Shown: positions 9,310-17,705 of the stretch, in pieces
How positions within the stretch are numbered: position 1 is the stretch's first letter
Layout: every line of letters begins with the position of its first letter
Source of the DNA: Thermodesulfobacteriota bacterium
GTDB lineage: Bacteria; Desulfobacterota; Desulfobacteria; Desulfobacterales; C00003060
Length of the DNA stretch: 24,702 nucleotides
NCBI GenBank assembly: GCA_034189385.1
Contig: JAXHVD010000035.1
Coordinates: 1-24,702, forward strand
Direction of reading: 5' to 3'
Notes under the pieces: model-generated
Database searches by the model: none
What the model was told of the DNA's origin: nothing
What the model saw: only the letters and a program-made list of their open reading frames with translations
Program-made: the position numbers and the translations under genes

Positions 9310-9861
9310 GTGGCCTTTCAGGTTTTGAAACGCAGAAAAAAAAGGGCACCCAAGAAAAGAAATCCTGATCGGGGCTTTCTTGCCTTTGAAAACACCAGCG
9401 AGGTCATCAAGGCTGAATCCATTATCAGGACTCATGGGTGGAAGGTAAATGTCATGGGGCCGCCTCCGGAGTTGCGGACCGGTTGCGACCTTGTGATTGA
9501 GTTCCCCCTGGTCGAACAGCTCAATATCTTAAGACTTCTGGAGGAAAAGAGTCTTTCCCCCTTGGCAGTAGTGCCCGTAGATGATCCCCTTCTCAAGCCC
9601 GTGGATCTTTTTTTCACCACAGACTACGGCCAGCACTTGATGGTGCGGGCTGCCAACATGAAACTCACCGTAGACAAGGAGGCCCTTACCATTGTCAATG
9701 TCTCAGGCGGCGGTTGCCCGGACGTCCCCTTTTTAGGGGCAAAGCTGGTGGGCAAGAATCTCCGCCAAGCCCCGTCGCCCAGAGAGATTGGCCACACCTT
9801 GTGCGGATATGCATTACACCTGGCCTATGAGGAGATGAGAAGACAATGCTTGCTATCGTAG
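9310..9861 (+). CDS. DUF3343-type putative Se/S carrier protein with extra Cys-containing C-terminal domain
   Basis: F..TSEVIKAE...PPELRTGC N-terminal motif; SGGGCPDVP and HTLCGY in the C-terminal half; operon position. Confidence 0.7.
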   Translation: MAFQVLKRRKKRAPKKRNPDRGFLAFENTSEVIKAESIIRTHGWKVNVMGPPPELRTGCDLVIEFPLVEQLNILRLLEEKSLSPLAVVPVDDPLLKPVDLFFTTDYGQHLMVRAANMKLTVDKEALTIVNVSGGGCPDVPFLGAKLVGKNLRQAPSPREIGHTLCGYALHLAYEEMRRQCLLS

Positions 9862-10736
9862 GAACCGTGCCTGAAGAAGACTTCCCCATGTTAGAGGGAA
9901 CTGCTGTGCTAAGGAACGACTCACTCTTCTTAAGGGGTCATGAAGCATCCATCAACCGAGGGACCCCTGCCCTGATTGCTGCGGCCTCCGTGGCATGCGA
10001 CACCTTGGGGGTTTCACCACCCATCTCCCTTCTTGCGGGAGATGAGGGTGTGGGACATGGCAGTAGAAAGCTTTATGAACATCTAAAGACCCAGCTTCCA
10101 GGCCTGGCGGCGGAGGTCATTACCTTTCATTACCTTCAACCGGATGTGGACTGGCATAATCGCATCCTGCTGGCCCTTGAAGAAAAGGGTAAGCTGCCGC
10201 TTCTTATCGCCGATGCAGGATACATGTACGCCGCAAAGATGAGTGGTTTTGCTCCATGCTATGATCTTTTCACTCCAGACATCGGAGAACTGGCCTTTTT
10301 GGCCGACGAGATGGCACCCCACCCATTCTATACGCGTGGCTTTATCCTTCATGAAGAACAAAGGGTTCCTGACTTGATCCAACGGGCCTATGACGGGGAA
10401 AATGGGGCGAAGACCCTATTGATCAAAGGGGCAATAGACTATATATGTACGAAAGAAAGGGTCTTGGCCACGGTGGACACGCCCAGTGTGGCAACGCTGG
10501 AGCCCATTGGCGGAACGGGAGATACAGTGACCGGTATTGTGGCCGCTTTGGCAGTGGCCGGATACCCGGTCTCCGATGCCGCCATCATGGCCGCAAAGAC
10601 AAATCGTCTGGCAGGTCAGATGGCTGACCCCACGCCTGCGACACAGGTTTTCGAAATCATTAACAAGATACCAAGGGCCTTGGAGGATGTCCTCCAGCAA
10701 GATGCCAACAGGCGTCACAGTGCTGCCCTCGGTTAG
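9846..10736 (+). CDS. YjeF C-terminal-like (NAD(P)H-hydrate dehydratase/ribokinase-fold) protein
   Basis: LIADAG, TPDIGEL, LIKG and GGTGDTVTG ribokinase-superfamily motifs; overlaps the DUF3343 gene end. Confidence 0.8.
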   Translation: MLAIVGTVPEEDFPMLEGTAVLRNDSLFLRGHEASINRGTPALIAAASVACDTLGVSPPISLLAGDEGVGHGSRKLYEHLKTQLPGLAAEVITFHYLQPDVDWHNRILLALEEKGKLPLLIADAGYMYAAKMSGFAPCYDLFTPDIGELAFLADEMAPHPFYTRGFILHEEQRVPDLIQRAYDGENGAKTLLIKGAIDYICTKERVLATVDTPSVATLEPIGGTGDTVTGIVAALAVAGYPVSDAAIMAAKTNRLAGQMADPTPATQVFEIINKIPRALEDVLQQDANRRHSAALG

Positions 10737-10775
10737 GCCTGACAAAAGAAGCAACGAGGTCAACCCAACCCATCC

Positions 10776-11831
10776 ATGAAGATTTCCAATAACCCCATTT
10801 CTTTGACAGAGAAGGTGCGGGCCTCTGGTTGAGCGGCGAAACTGAGTCCGGGAGACTTGGAAGCCGTGATAAGGGACCTGCCGGTCATGAGCGACCCCAA
10901 TCTCTTGGTTGGGATTGAAACCTCTGATGACGCGGGCGTCTACAAACTCAACTCGGAAATGGCCCTCGTGCAAACCCTTGATTTCTTCACCCCTATTGTG
11001 GATGATCCCTATCACTTCGGTCGCATTGCAGCCGCCAATGCCCTGAGCGACGTCTATGCCATGGGCGGCAGACCCTTAACGGCCATGAACATCGTCTGTT
11101 TCCCCATTACAGATCTGCCCAAAGAGATCCTCAAAGAGATTCTGCGAGGGGGGCTTGAAAAGATCCATGAAGCAGGGGCAGTCCTGGCCGGGGGCCACAG
11201 CGTGGACGACAAGGAGCTCAAATACGGTCTTTCTGTCACAGGGGTTGTCCACCCCGACCACATCCTTACGAACCACGGCGCCAAGATGGGGGATCGATTG
11301 GTCGTGACCAAACCCATCGGCACAGGGATCATTGCCACGGCTCTGAAAGGAAAGCTGGCAAGCCAAAGTGCTGTAGATAGTCTGGTCGAGGTCACTTCAA
11401 CTCTAAACCGCCAGGCCTCTGACATCATGCTGCACCACAAGGTCCATGCCTGCACCGACATCACCGGTTTTGGTCTGGGCGGTCACTTGCTGGAGATGGC
11501 ACGGGCAAGTCACATGGAAATTGCCCTTTACACTGACAGGATTCCGATCATGCCTGAGGCCAAAGACTACGCCTTAATGGGCCTGATCCCTGCGGGAAGC
11601 TATGCCACCAAACACTTCTGTGAAGAAATGGTAGACATCAAGGCGGGGATCGACACCGTTCTCATGGACCTCATTTTCGATCCCCAGACCTCAGGGGGGC
11701 TGGTCATCTCCATGCCGGCCAGTGCGGCAGAGGCGTGCCTTCAGGAACTAAAGGGCGTTGGTGTCTCCTCAGCAGCCATCGTCGGTGAGGTGACCGGCGA
11801 GCACCCAAAGGGACGGCTGCACGTGGCCTAG
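10776..11831 (+). CDS. selD: Selenide, water dikinase (selenophosphate synthetase), selenocysteine-containing (U19), 351 aa
   Basis: ATG 10776 gives MKISNNPISLTEKVRASG-U(TGA 10830-10832)-AAKLSPGDL, in frame with the ORF-track ORF. UxxK catalytic motif plus DDAGVY, DFFTP, ANALSDVYAMGG, TDITGFGL and DPQTSGGL. Confidence 0.96.
10833..10867 (+). promoter_or_regulatory. Bacterial SECIS-like hairpin of selD
   Basis: Immediately 3' of the UGA: lower stem GCGGC/GCCGT, upper stem CTGAGTC/GACTTGG, G-containing loop CGGGA. Confidence 0.75.
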
Positions 11832-12117
11832 GGTTGGTTTGCTGAATGCAACATGCAACCTATTGGAAATGACCCGCCTTTCCTTCTCCCTGAGTCTCAC
11901 TCCTCTTCCCAGCCCTCTGTGACAATGGACACCGTTCCATCACCCGGTAAACACCGTAACATCAGAAGGCATCCCGGAACCAAGACCTCCGGCATGGACC
12001 TGGGGCTTCGTGCTGATACTCGGACGATCAGTCGGCAGAGCAGGTGAGGGAGATCAAGAAGATATGTTTGAAGAAAGGTTGTTTAAGCACTTGATGATGC
12101 CGGCGTTGAATACATGA

Positions 12118-13317
12118 TTATACGGCCAGTTTCTCGGATTTCAAGGCGTAAGCGATGGCGATACCAATCATAAAACCAACAGCCAGATTCGCTGCAAGGG
12201 TAATGCCTAACATTACCAAGGCGACGAACAAATCCTTTCGTTCCTTCATATCAATGATGGTCAGCGCAAGCTGGCTTCCTGCAAAAACGAGCAACACCCC
12301 CAACACAGACATGGGCACAAGGTACACGACGGCGAGGGAGTGAATTCCCAAAAACAAGGCGAGGCCAATGAACACCGCCCCGATCATCAGATTGGACCCG
12401 GCCGTGCGCGCCCCAAAGCGGTAGTGGGCTGCCAACCCTCCAGCCCCGTGGCACAGCGGCATGCCGCCAACGAGAAAGGCCGCAACATTGGCCAACCCCA
12501 TGCTCATGCACGCTGCCCGGTAAGTCACCCTCATAGACGCTTTTCCGAAGTACTCCTCTGACAGGTCGCCATAGGCGATGACGGCGTTGCCCAAGGTCAT
12601 GGGTATTTGGGGAAGGACAAGGACGAGGAGGGCAAAGGTGAAATCAACGCCCGTGGGGATTCCAAAAGGCAAGATTTGAGGAAGGTAGATACCTATCCTC
12701 AGTTTTTCAAACCCCTCGTGCGTCCCAAACAGCAGACCTAAACCTATACCTCCCAGAACAACGAGGAGTCCTGCAGGAAACTTCCTGTTGTCCAGCAACA
12801 AGAGGGTCAACACGCCGCCCATGACCCCGATGATGATTCCGATGGGGATCGGACCCAGACTCTGCACAGTCAGATAGGGCTCGGCCGCTTCCCGCAGCAC
12901 CTGGAACTTCGACGTCCCTATCATGAACTTCACCCCTTGGGCCATCAACAGGGTCCCTGTTGATATCTGGACCCCTCTTACCACTGGTTTTGGAATGTAT
13001 TTTCCCATGAGCGTGATGGCATTGGTGCCCCCGATAACCAACAAAAAAAAGGCAATCAAAAGCCCCGAGGCCGCAATCTGAGAGGCGGTCATGGCCGTTG
13101 CAATGGCATAGGCCCCGATCACTTTCATGGGTTGGACCGGCACGGTCACCCCATAGTAGACGCCGGAAAGGACAAAAAAGAGACCGACAGTCAGAAACAG
13201 ACCAGAAGGGCTGAGCCCGTTGATCATGATCATCCCTATGGCCAGCGGCAGCAGGGTCCCCAGGTCCCCCAAGGACCCTGCCAATTCCAGTCGGTCAAAC
13301 CTGTAACGTGAATACAT
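12118..13317 (-). CDS. Putative sulfate/molybdate transporter (MOT1-like)
   Basis: ELAGSLGDLGT, PVQPMK, PQIPMTLGNA and PLCHGAGGLAAHYRFGART motifs. Alternative start GTG 13344. Confidence 0.88.
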   Translation of the reverse strand: MYSRYRFDRLELAGSLGDLGTLLPLAIGMIMINGLSPSGLFLTVGLFFVLSGVYYGVTVPVQPMKVIGAYAIATAMTASQIAASGLLIAFFLLVIGGTNAITLMGKYIPKPVVRGVQISTGTLLMAQGVKFMIGTSKFQVLREAAEPYLTVQSLGPIPIGIIIGVMGGVLTLLLLDNRKFPAGLLVVLGGIGLGLLFGTHEGFEKLRIGIYLPQILPFGIPTGVDFTFALLVLVLPQIPMTLGNAVIAYGDLSEEYFGKASMRVTYRAACMSMGLANVAAFLVGGMPLCHGAGGLAAHYRFGARTAGSNLMIGAVFIGLALFLGIHSLAVVYLVPMSVLGVLLVFAGSQLALTIIDMKERKDLFVALVMLGITLAANLAVGFMIGIAIAYALKSEKLAV

Positions 13318-13765
13318 CGCCTTTTTGGCTCCTTTTGCTTTCACTTCTCAATGCACCCAACACAGCATAACAGGAATCCGGCTTTTAAGATGACACGACC
13401 GTTCACCGTTGACGGTTATCCGTTGTCCGCAGTGCGATCACTCATGTCACGCCTTTAGCCTACACTGTAGGCGGTCCGCCCAAAGCATCTTCGGGTACGT
13501 TTCCTTGGCTCTATAGGCCCCTGCATTCTTGTGCATTGCCGAGAGATCTCTGTCGTTGAGCAGAGACCCTAAAACGATGAGCATTTAGCGCATAACTACC
13601 ATAAGCTAGAGGTTTGGCAAGAAAGAAACGATTCCCCCTATGTGGTCCTGCCCAAATCCCATTGAAAGATCCCAATAAATTAGGTATGAACCCTCTCAGC
13701 TGGTGTTCTGGAAGATATGGTAGCCGAAAAAAGAGAGCCCGCTTTCGGAGGAAGAAGGAGGTTCC

Positions 13766-14077
13766 ATGAAGAATCTGTTCATCATCTGCAGTGACGATGG
13801 CGAAACCATCTACAACGCCATGCGGTTGGCCAATGTGGGGGTCCAGAAGGGCGATGAAATCAGCGTATTCATGCTCGGCAAGGGCGTGCTTTTTGAAAAG
13901 AGTGGCACCGAACAGTTCAATGTCATGGAAGAAATCAACAAGTTTGAAGGGGACTTCTACGTCTGAGGGGTCTGCATGAAATCCCACGGTCTGGAGGGAT
14001 CGAGCACCTGTCCCATTGCATGGATGGATGATCTGTATGAACTGTCCATGGACGCAGACAAAGTCCTCACCTTCTGA
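13766..14077 (+). CDS. DsrE-family selenoprotein with UxxC motif (U67), 103 aa
   Basis: SD AAGGAGG. Readthrough of TGA 13964-13966 gives ...DFYV-U-GVCMKSHGLEGSSTCPIAWMDDLYELSMDADKVLTF*, which completes the DsrE fold. The tail parallels CGTC...ADKVISL of YedF in this window. Confidence 0.9.
13981..14000 (+). promoter_or_regulatory. SECIS-like hairpin of the DsrE gene
   Basis: ATCCCA-CGGTC-TGGAGGGAT begins 15 nt after the UGA; apical GGUCU as in the E. coli fdhF SECIS. Confidence 0.7.
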
Positions 14078-14093
14078 GAACGGTAGAAGAGTC

Positions 14094-14951
14094 ATGTTCA
14101 CAACAGAGCCTAAGATGTCGGACTTCGGTGGCAGCCTGAAGGGGCTATTTCTGGACAAACCAGAATCTGTGATAAACCTTCCGGCACAGCTCCTTTCGTC
14201 ACAGAGAATCAAAGAATACAGGGCTATGTCCCGACTCGCCATTGTAGAAATCGCAGGCCGGGACAGCGTGGCTGCAGCCATCAGGAGTGTGGCGGCAGAA
14301 GGCTTTACGGACCTGCTGCCCACTTACGTATATACGGCCACTGAGCACGGGCCGTGGGCCGGTGTGGAGGAGGCTGTCGAGCGCCTGGCAAGGCGACTAC
14401 CCGAAGTCCGCGTACACGATCTCCTGGTCCTGGGCTCCCCCGGCTTCTGGCAGGCACTGAATGGAAGGTTCATCGGTGAACTGACATCAAGATTTGGTTT
14501 CTATACACCCTGCATCGGGTGCCACCTTTATCTGCACAGCGTCCGCATCCCCCTTGCCCTCACCTTGGGAAAAGCCCCGATTATCTCGGGAGAACGCGAG
14601 CTGCACGACAACGCCATCAAGGTGAACCAGATTCCCGAGGCCCTGGATGTCTATCAGGACGTGGCAAGAACTTTTGGAGTGCGCCTTCTTTTTCCCCTCC
14701 GTTACATGGCAGAGGGCAGGAGCATTGAGAGCATCCTTGGTTTTAGGTGGGAGGGAGGAAAGGAGCATTTGGGCTGCGTGTTGTCCGGAAACTACCGGTC
14801 ACTGGGCGGAGACCCTGCCATCACGGCCCCGCAGGTTCAAAGATTCCTGAAAGTATTCGCCGGACCATGTGCAAGGCGAATTGTCGAGGCCTACATAGCA
14901 GGCCGTGTGCCGAACCATTTGGAGATCGCCGCTGAAACGCTCCAACCCTAA
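14094..14951 (+). CDS. Uncharacterised protein, adenine-nucleotide alpha-hydrolase/PP-loop-like, with CxxC
   Basis: AIVEIAGRDSVAAA resembles a degenerate SGGxDS PP-loop; PCIGCH, IISGER, FPL and a late Cys (LGCVL). Start moved to ATG 14094 because 14016 lies inside the extended DsrE gene. Confidence 0.65.
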   Translation: MFTTEPKMSDFGGSLKGLFLDKPESVINLPAQLLSSQRIKEYRAMSRLAIVEIAGRDSVAAAIRSVAAEGFTDLLPTYVYTATEHGPWAGVEEAVERLARRLPEVRVHDLLVLGSPGFWQALNGRFIGELTSRFGFYTPCIGCHLYLHSVRIPLALTLGKAPIISGERELHDNAIKVNQIPEALDVYQDVARTFGVRLLFPLRYMAEGRSIESILGFRWEGGKEHLGCVLSGNYRSLGGDPAITAPQVQRFLKVFAGPCARRIVEAYIAGRVPNHLEIAAETLQP

Positions 14952-15043
14952 TATGAGCAGACTCGGGGCTATGGCCCTGTGTTGGATAACCTCCGCACCG
15001 GAAGTCGTCTTTGGGCCATCGTATCTGTTTGGTTCCCTTCATA

Positions 15044-15120
15044 GATCATTGTTTCTATGCTAAAGCCAGCGTTATTATAGATATTTTCAATTTGACTTAT
15101 TCTGTGATTCAATATAGTCT
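15044..15120 (+). promoter_or_regulatory. LysR-type box plus sigma-70 promoter of the TIM-barrel/apgM-like operon
   Basis: ATAGA-TATTT-TCAAT (15077-15091) is directly followed by TTGACT-17 nt-TAGTCT. A weaker distal box lies at 15044-15058. Confidence 0.7.
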
Positions 15121-15198
15121 CTCACCCAACGCGGTTGAACATCACTGCGAGAGCCACATTAGAAACGCGTTGGTAACCTCAGCCCAGACCAAAGGACC

Positions 15199-16056
15199 AT
15201 GAAAAACACTGGAACGAATGTCAGGCCAAAGCTGGCTATGTGTAACCTCTTTCTAGACGTTAAGAGACTCAGAGAGTTCGCCCTTGATCATGGGTTCTCC
15301 GGTATTGACTGGTCATTTGAACCTTCTACATTGCCCCAAACGCCGGCAGAAGAATCGATGTGGGTAAAGTACCTCTCATCCCTCAAGCCTCTCGAGCTGC
15401 GTTATCATTGCCCCTTTCAAAGGATAGACTTGGGCCATGTGGACCCTCGGGAAGCAAAGGCCGCAGAGGAGATTTTTCGCAACATTATCCGACTCGTAGC
15501 CAGGGCAAACGGCGAATTCTTGACCATTCACATCGGTCTGGGGCGAGATTCCACACAACCCCTTTCGTGGGACAGAACCTCAAAGAACCTGTCTCGTGTG
15601 GTTCAGTACGGTGCAAGCCATGGCGTCAGGGTCTGCCTGGAGAACTTGGCTTGGGGTTGGACGAGCAGGCCTCACCTTTTTGAAAAGTTAATCCGAAGAG
15701 GCGGGGCCAGCGTCACATTTGACATTGGCCATGCCCATGCTTGTGAAGCAATCAACACGCAAGAGTTTGAAATAGAAGACTTTCTTACCCCCCATGCAGA
15801 TCGGGTCTTAAATGCCCACATATACCACACGGAGCTTCCCAATCGCGGGCATATCCCGCCAGAGCGATTGGAAGACATCAAAGACCGCCTTGAGATGCTC
15901 CAACGCATTGGCTGCAACTGGTGGGTCCTAGAGGTTTGGGATGAGAACGGATTATTGCAGACCAAGAAGATCGTAGAGGAGTATTTGACACAGGCCCCAT
16001 ACTGGGCTAAATCAGACCATCAGGACCCTTCAGCCAATATGGCATCCCACGGTTAA
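15199..16056 (+). CDS. Xylose isomerase-like TIM-barrel (sugar phosphate isomerase/epimerase family) protein
   Basis: HCPF, TIHIG, CLENL, FDIGHA, HIYH and VLEV metal-binding motifs. Confidence 0.88.
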   Translation: MKNTGTNVRPKLAMCNLFLDVKRLREFALDHGFSGIDWSFEPSTLPQTPAEESMWVKYLSSLKPLELRYHCPFQRIDLGHVDPREAKAAEEIFRNIIRLVARANGEFLTIHIGLGRDSTQPLSWDRTSKNLSRVVQYGASHGVRVCLENLAWGWTSRPHLFEKLIRRGGASVTFDIGHAHACEAINTQEFEIEDFLTPHADRVLNAHIYHTELPNRGHIPPERLEDIKDRLEMLQRIGCNWWVLEVWDENGLLQTKKIVEEYLTQAPYWAKSDHQDPSANMASHG

Positions 16057-16112
16057 GCCTGGAGAGCTTTTTTGCAGAGAGGTTTCATTTTCCCAGACAC
16101 TTTGGGCTTCTG

Positions 16113-17417
16113 ATGAAGACTATCCTTGTCCTCCTAGACGGTCTGGGTGATCGCTCATATAAGATCCTTGGTGACCGCACCCCCCTTCAAGCCGCCCGCA
16201 CCCCCAATCTGGACCGATTGGCTCGCTTGGGGAGCAATGGCCTCTTTCATGCCGCCCTGCCCGGCCAGTGCTTGCCCAGTGAGATCGCCCACTATTTGCT
16301 CTTGGGCTACGACCTGGAAGATTTTCCCGGCCGGGGGCTTCTGGAGGCCGTTGGCTATGATGTCGAGTTTGATGATAGGGATGTGCTGTGCCTGGCACAT
16401 ATCGCCAGCGTGTCCTGGAAAACCGGTGTTCCCATCCTGGCCAGAAAACGTCCCCCTATGGATGACGAAGAGCTGCGGCAGGTTTTCTCTGCCATTGCTA
16501 CCTATGAAGTAGATGGAATTGCCTTTCGCCTCCAGCAGACCCGCAGCAATGACGCCATTCTCATCTTAAGTGGCCAGGCGTCGCCCTGCATATCTGACTC
16601 TGATCCCATGGTGGTCAGCCAAGCCATGGCCAAGATCTGGGCTCTTTCAGACAACCCGGAGCCAGAAAGTGCGGCCCAGAGCGCGAAAGCCTTGAACGCC
16701 TATCTTACCCACTGCTACAGGGTCTTGTCCGAGCACGAAGTCAACCGTCGGCGACAGGCCAACGGCATGCCGCCTGCCAATTTCCTTGCAACACAACGCT
16801 GCGGGCGCCGTATTGAGCAGGAGCCCTTTGATCAGAAGTGGGGTATGGCAGGGATGTTTATCGCCTCAGGAGCAATGTATAAAGGTCTGGCCCATGAGTT
16901 GGGGCTCAGATTTACCCGTGTAAAAGATACGGACAAACCAGATGAGGATCTCAGGGAAAGGATAGACCTTGCCCTGGCAGATCATGCCCGTGATTTCATC
17001 CATGTCCACACCAAGGTACCGGACGAGGCCGGCCACACGGGAGATCCAAGGCGGAAAGAAGCCGCTATTGCTGCCCTTGATCGCGGACTGGAAGAATTGA
17101 TCCGGGCAGTGGGAACCAGGGATGATCTGCTAGTCGTGGTCACGGCAGACCATTCCACACCCAGCATGGGCCCTTTGATTCACTCTGGCGAGCCCGTGCC
17201 TGTGATGCTGGTCGGCCCGACGGTTCGACGAGATGGGGTGGAGGCATTTGACGAGGTGAGTGCAGCAAAGGGCTCTTTAGGCCTGTTGAAGGGCCGGGAG
17301 TTGATGCTCACCATTCTCAATTATTCTAATCGGGCTTCGCTGCTCAGCCACCATCTGGGCCCACATCAAAGGCCTTATGTTCCCCGAACCTATGAGCCAT
17401 TTGGGCTGAAAGATTAG
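16113..17417 (+). CDS. Alkaline phosphatase superfamily, ApgM-like cofactor-independent phosphoglycerate mutase homolog
   Basis: LDGLGD, TPLQAARTPNLD, PSEIAH, GRG.LEA, HTKVPDEAGH, TADHSTP and HSGEPVP motifs. Confidence 0.9.
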   Translation: MKTILVLLDGLGDRSYKILGDRTPLQAARTPNLDRLARLGSNGLFHAALPGQCLPSEIAHYLLLGYDLEDFPGRGLLEAVGYDVEFDDRDVLCLAHIASVSWKTGVPILARKRPPMDDEELRQVFSAIATYEVDGIAFRLQQTRSNDAILILSGQASPCISDSDPMVVSQAMAKIWALSDNPEPESAAQSAKALNAYLTHCYRVLSEHEVNRRRQANGMPPANFLATQRCGRRIEQEPFDQKWGMAGMFIASGAMYKGLAHELGLRFTRVKDTDKPDEDLRERIDLALADHARDFIHVHTKVPDEAGHTGDPRRKEAAIAALDRGLEELIRAVGTRDDLLVVVTADHSTPSMGPLIHSGEPVPVMLVGPTVRRDGVEAFDEVSAAKGSLGLLKGRELMLTILNYSNRASLLSHHLGPHQRPYVPRTYEPFGLKD

Positions 17418-17531
17418 TTTTGGGGACTCGTCCTCCCCTTCTTCGTGCCGGGCAAACAACCGCCGCATTTCTCGTGGTAGACTTCAGCTGGACAGGGCAG
17501 TATGGGTACTCACAAATGCAGCCCTCTCCGG

Positions 17532-17570
17532 AAAGGAAAAGGGGGCGCCCGGTATGGAGGTGCCCCCCTT
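17532..17570 (-). terminator. Intrinsic terminator downstream of the cytochrome gene (possibly bidirectional)
   Basis: Minus strand GGGGGCACC-loop-GGCGCCCCC followed by TTTTCCTTT, between convergent genes. Confidence 0.7.
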
Positions 17571-17705
17571 GATGAACAGAAAGGAGGGTCATGCTTTACT
17601 CCTCTCTTGGCTGAAGTCATTTCCCCAACTACGCAGACCCTCCTCTCTTCAATAGATAAATGACAAGAAGTCTTGATGACCTCCAAGGCCTTTGGGGGAG
17701 GGCTC

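Noticed and set aside
11835..12110. tRNA-Sec or Moco riboswitch after selD; 64-aa ORF
   Set aside because: No cloverleaf with a UCA anticodon and no complete Moco consensus; the ORF has no SD or motifs.
13388..13416. Short degenerate ~7-nt repeats (CCGTT-containing)
   Set aside because: Only 3-4 degenerate units; not a CRISPR array or a supportable feature.
14016..14093. ORF-track start of the PP-loop-like gene
   Set aside because: It overlaps the post-UGA part of the DsrE gene in another frame.
13511..14323. 270-aa minus-strand ORF
   Set aside because: Antisense to the DsrE selenoprotein gene and the following gene.
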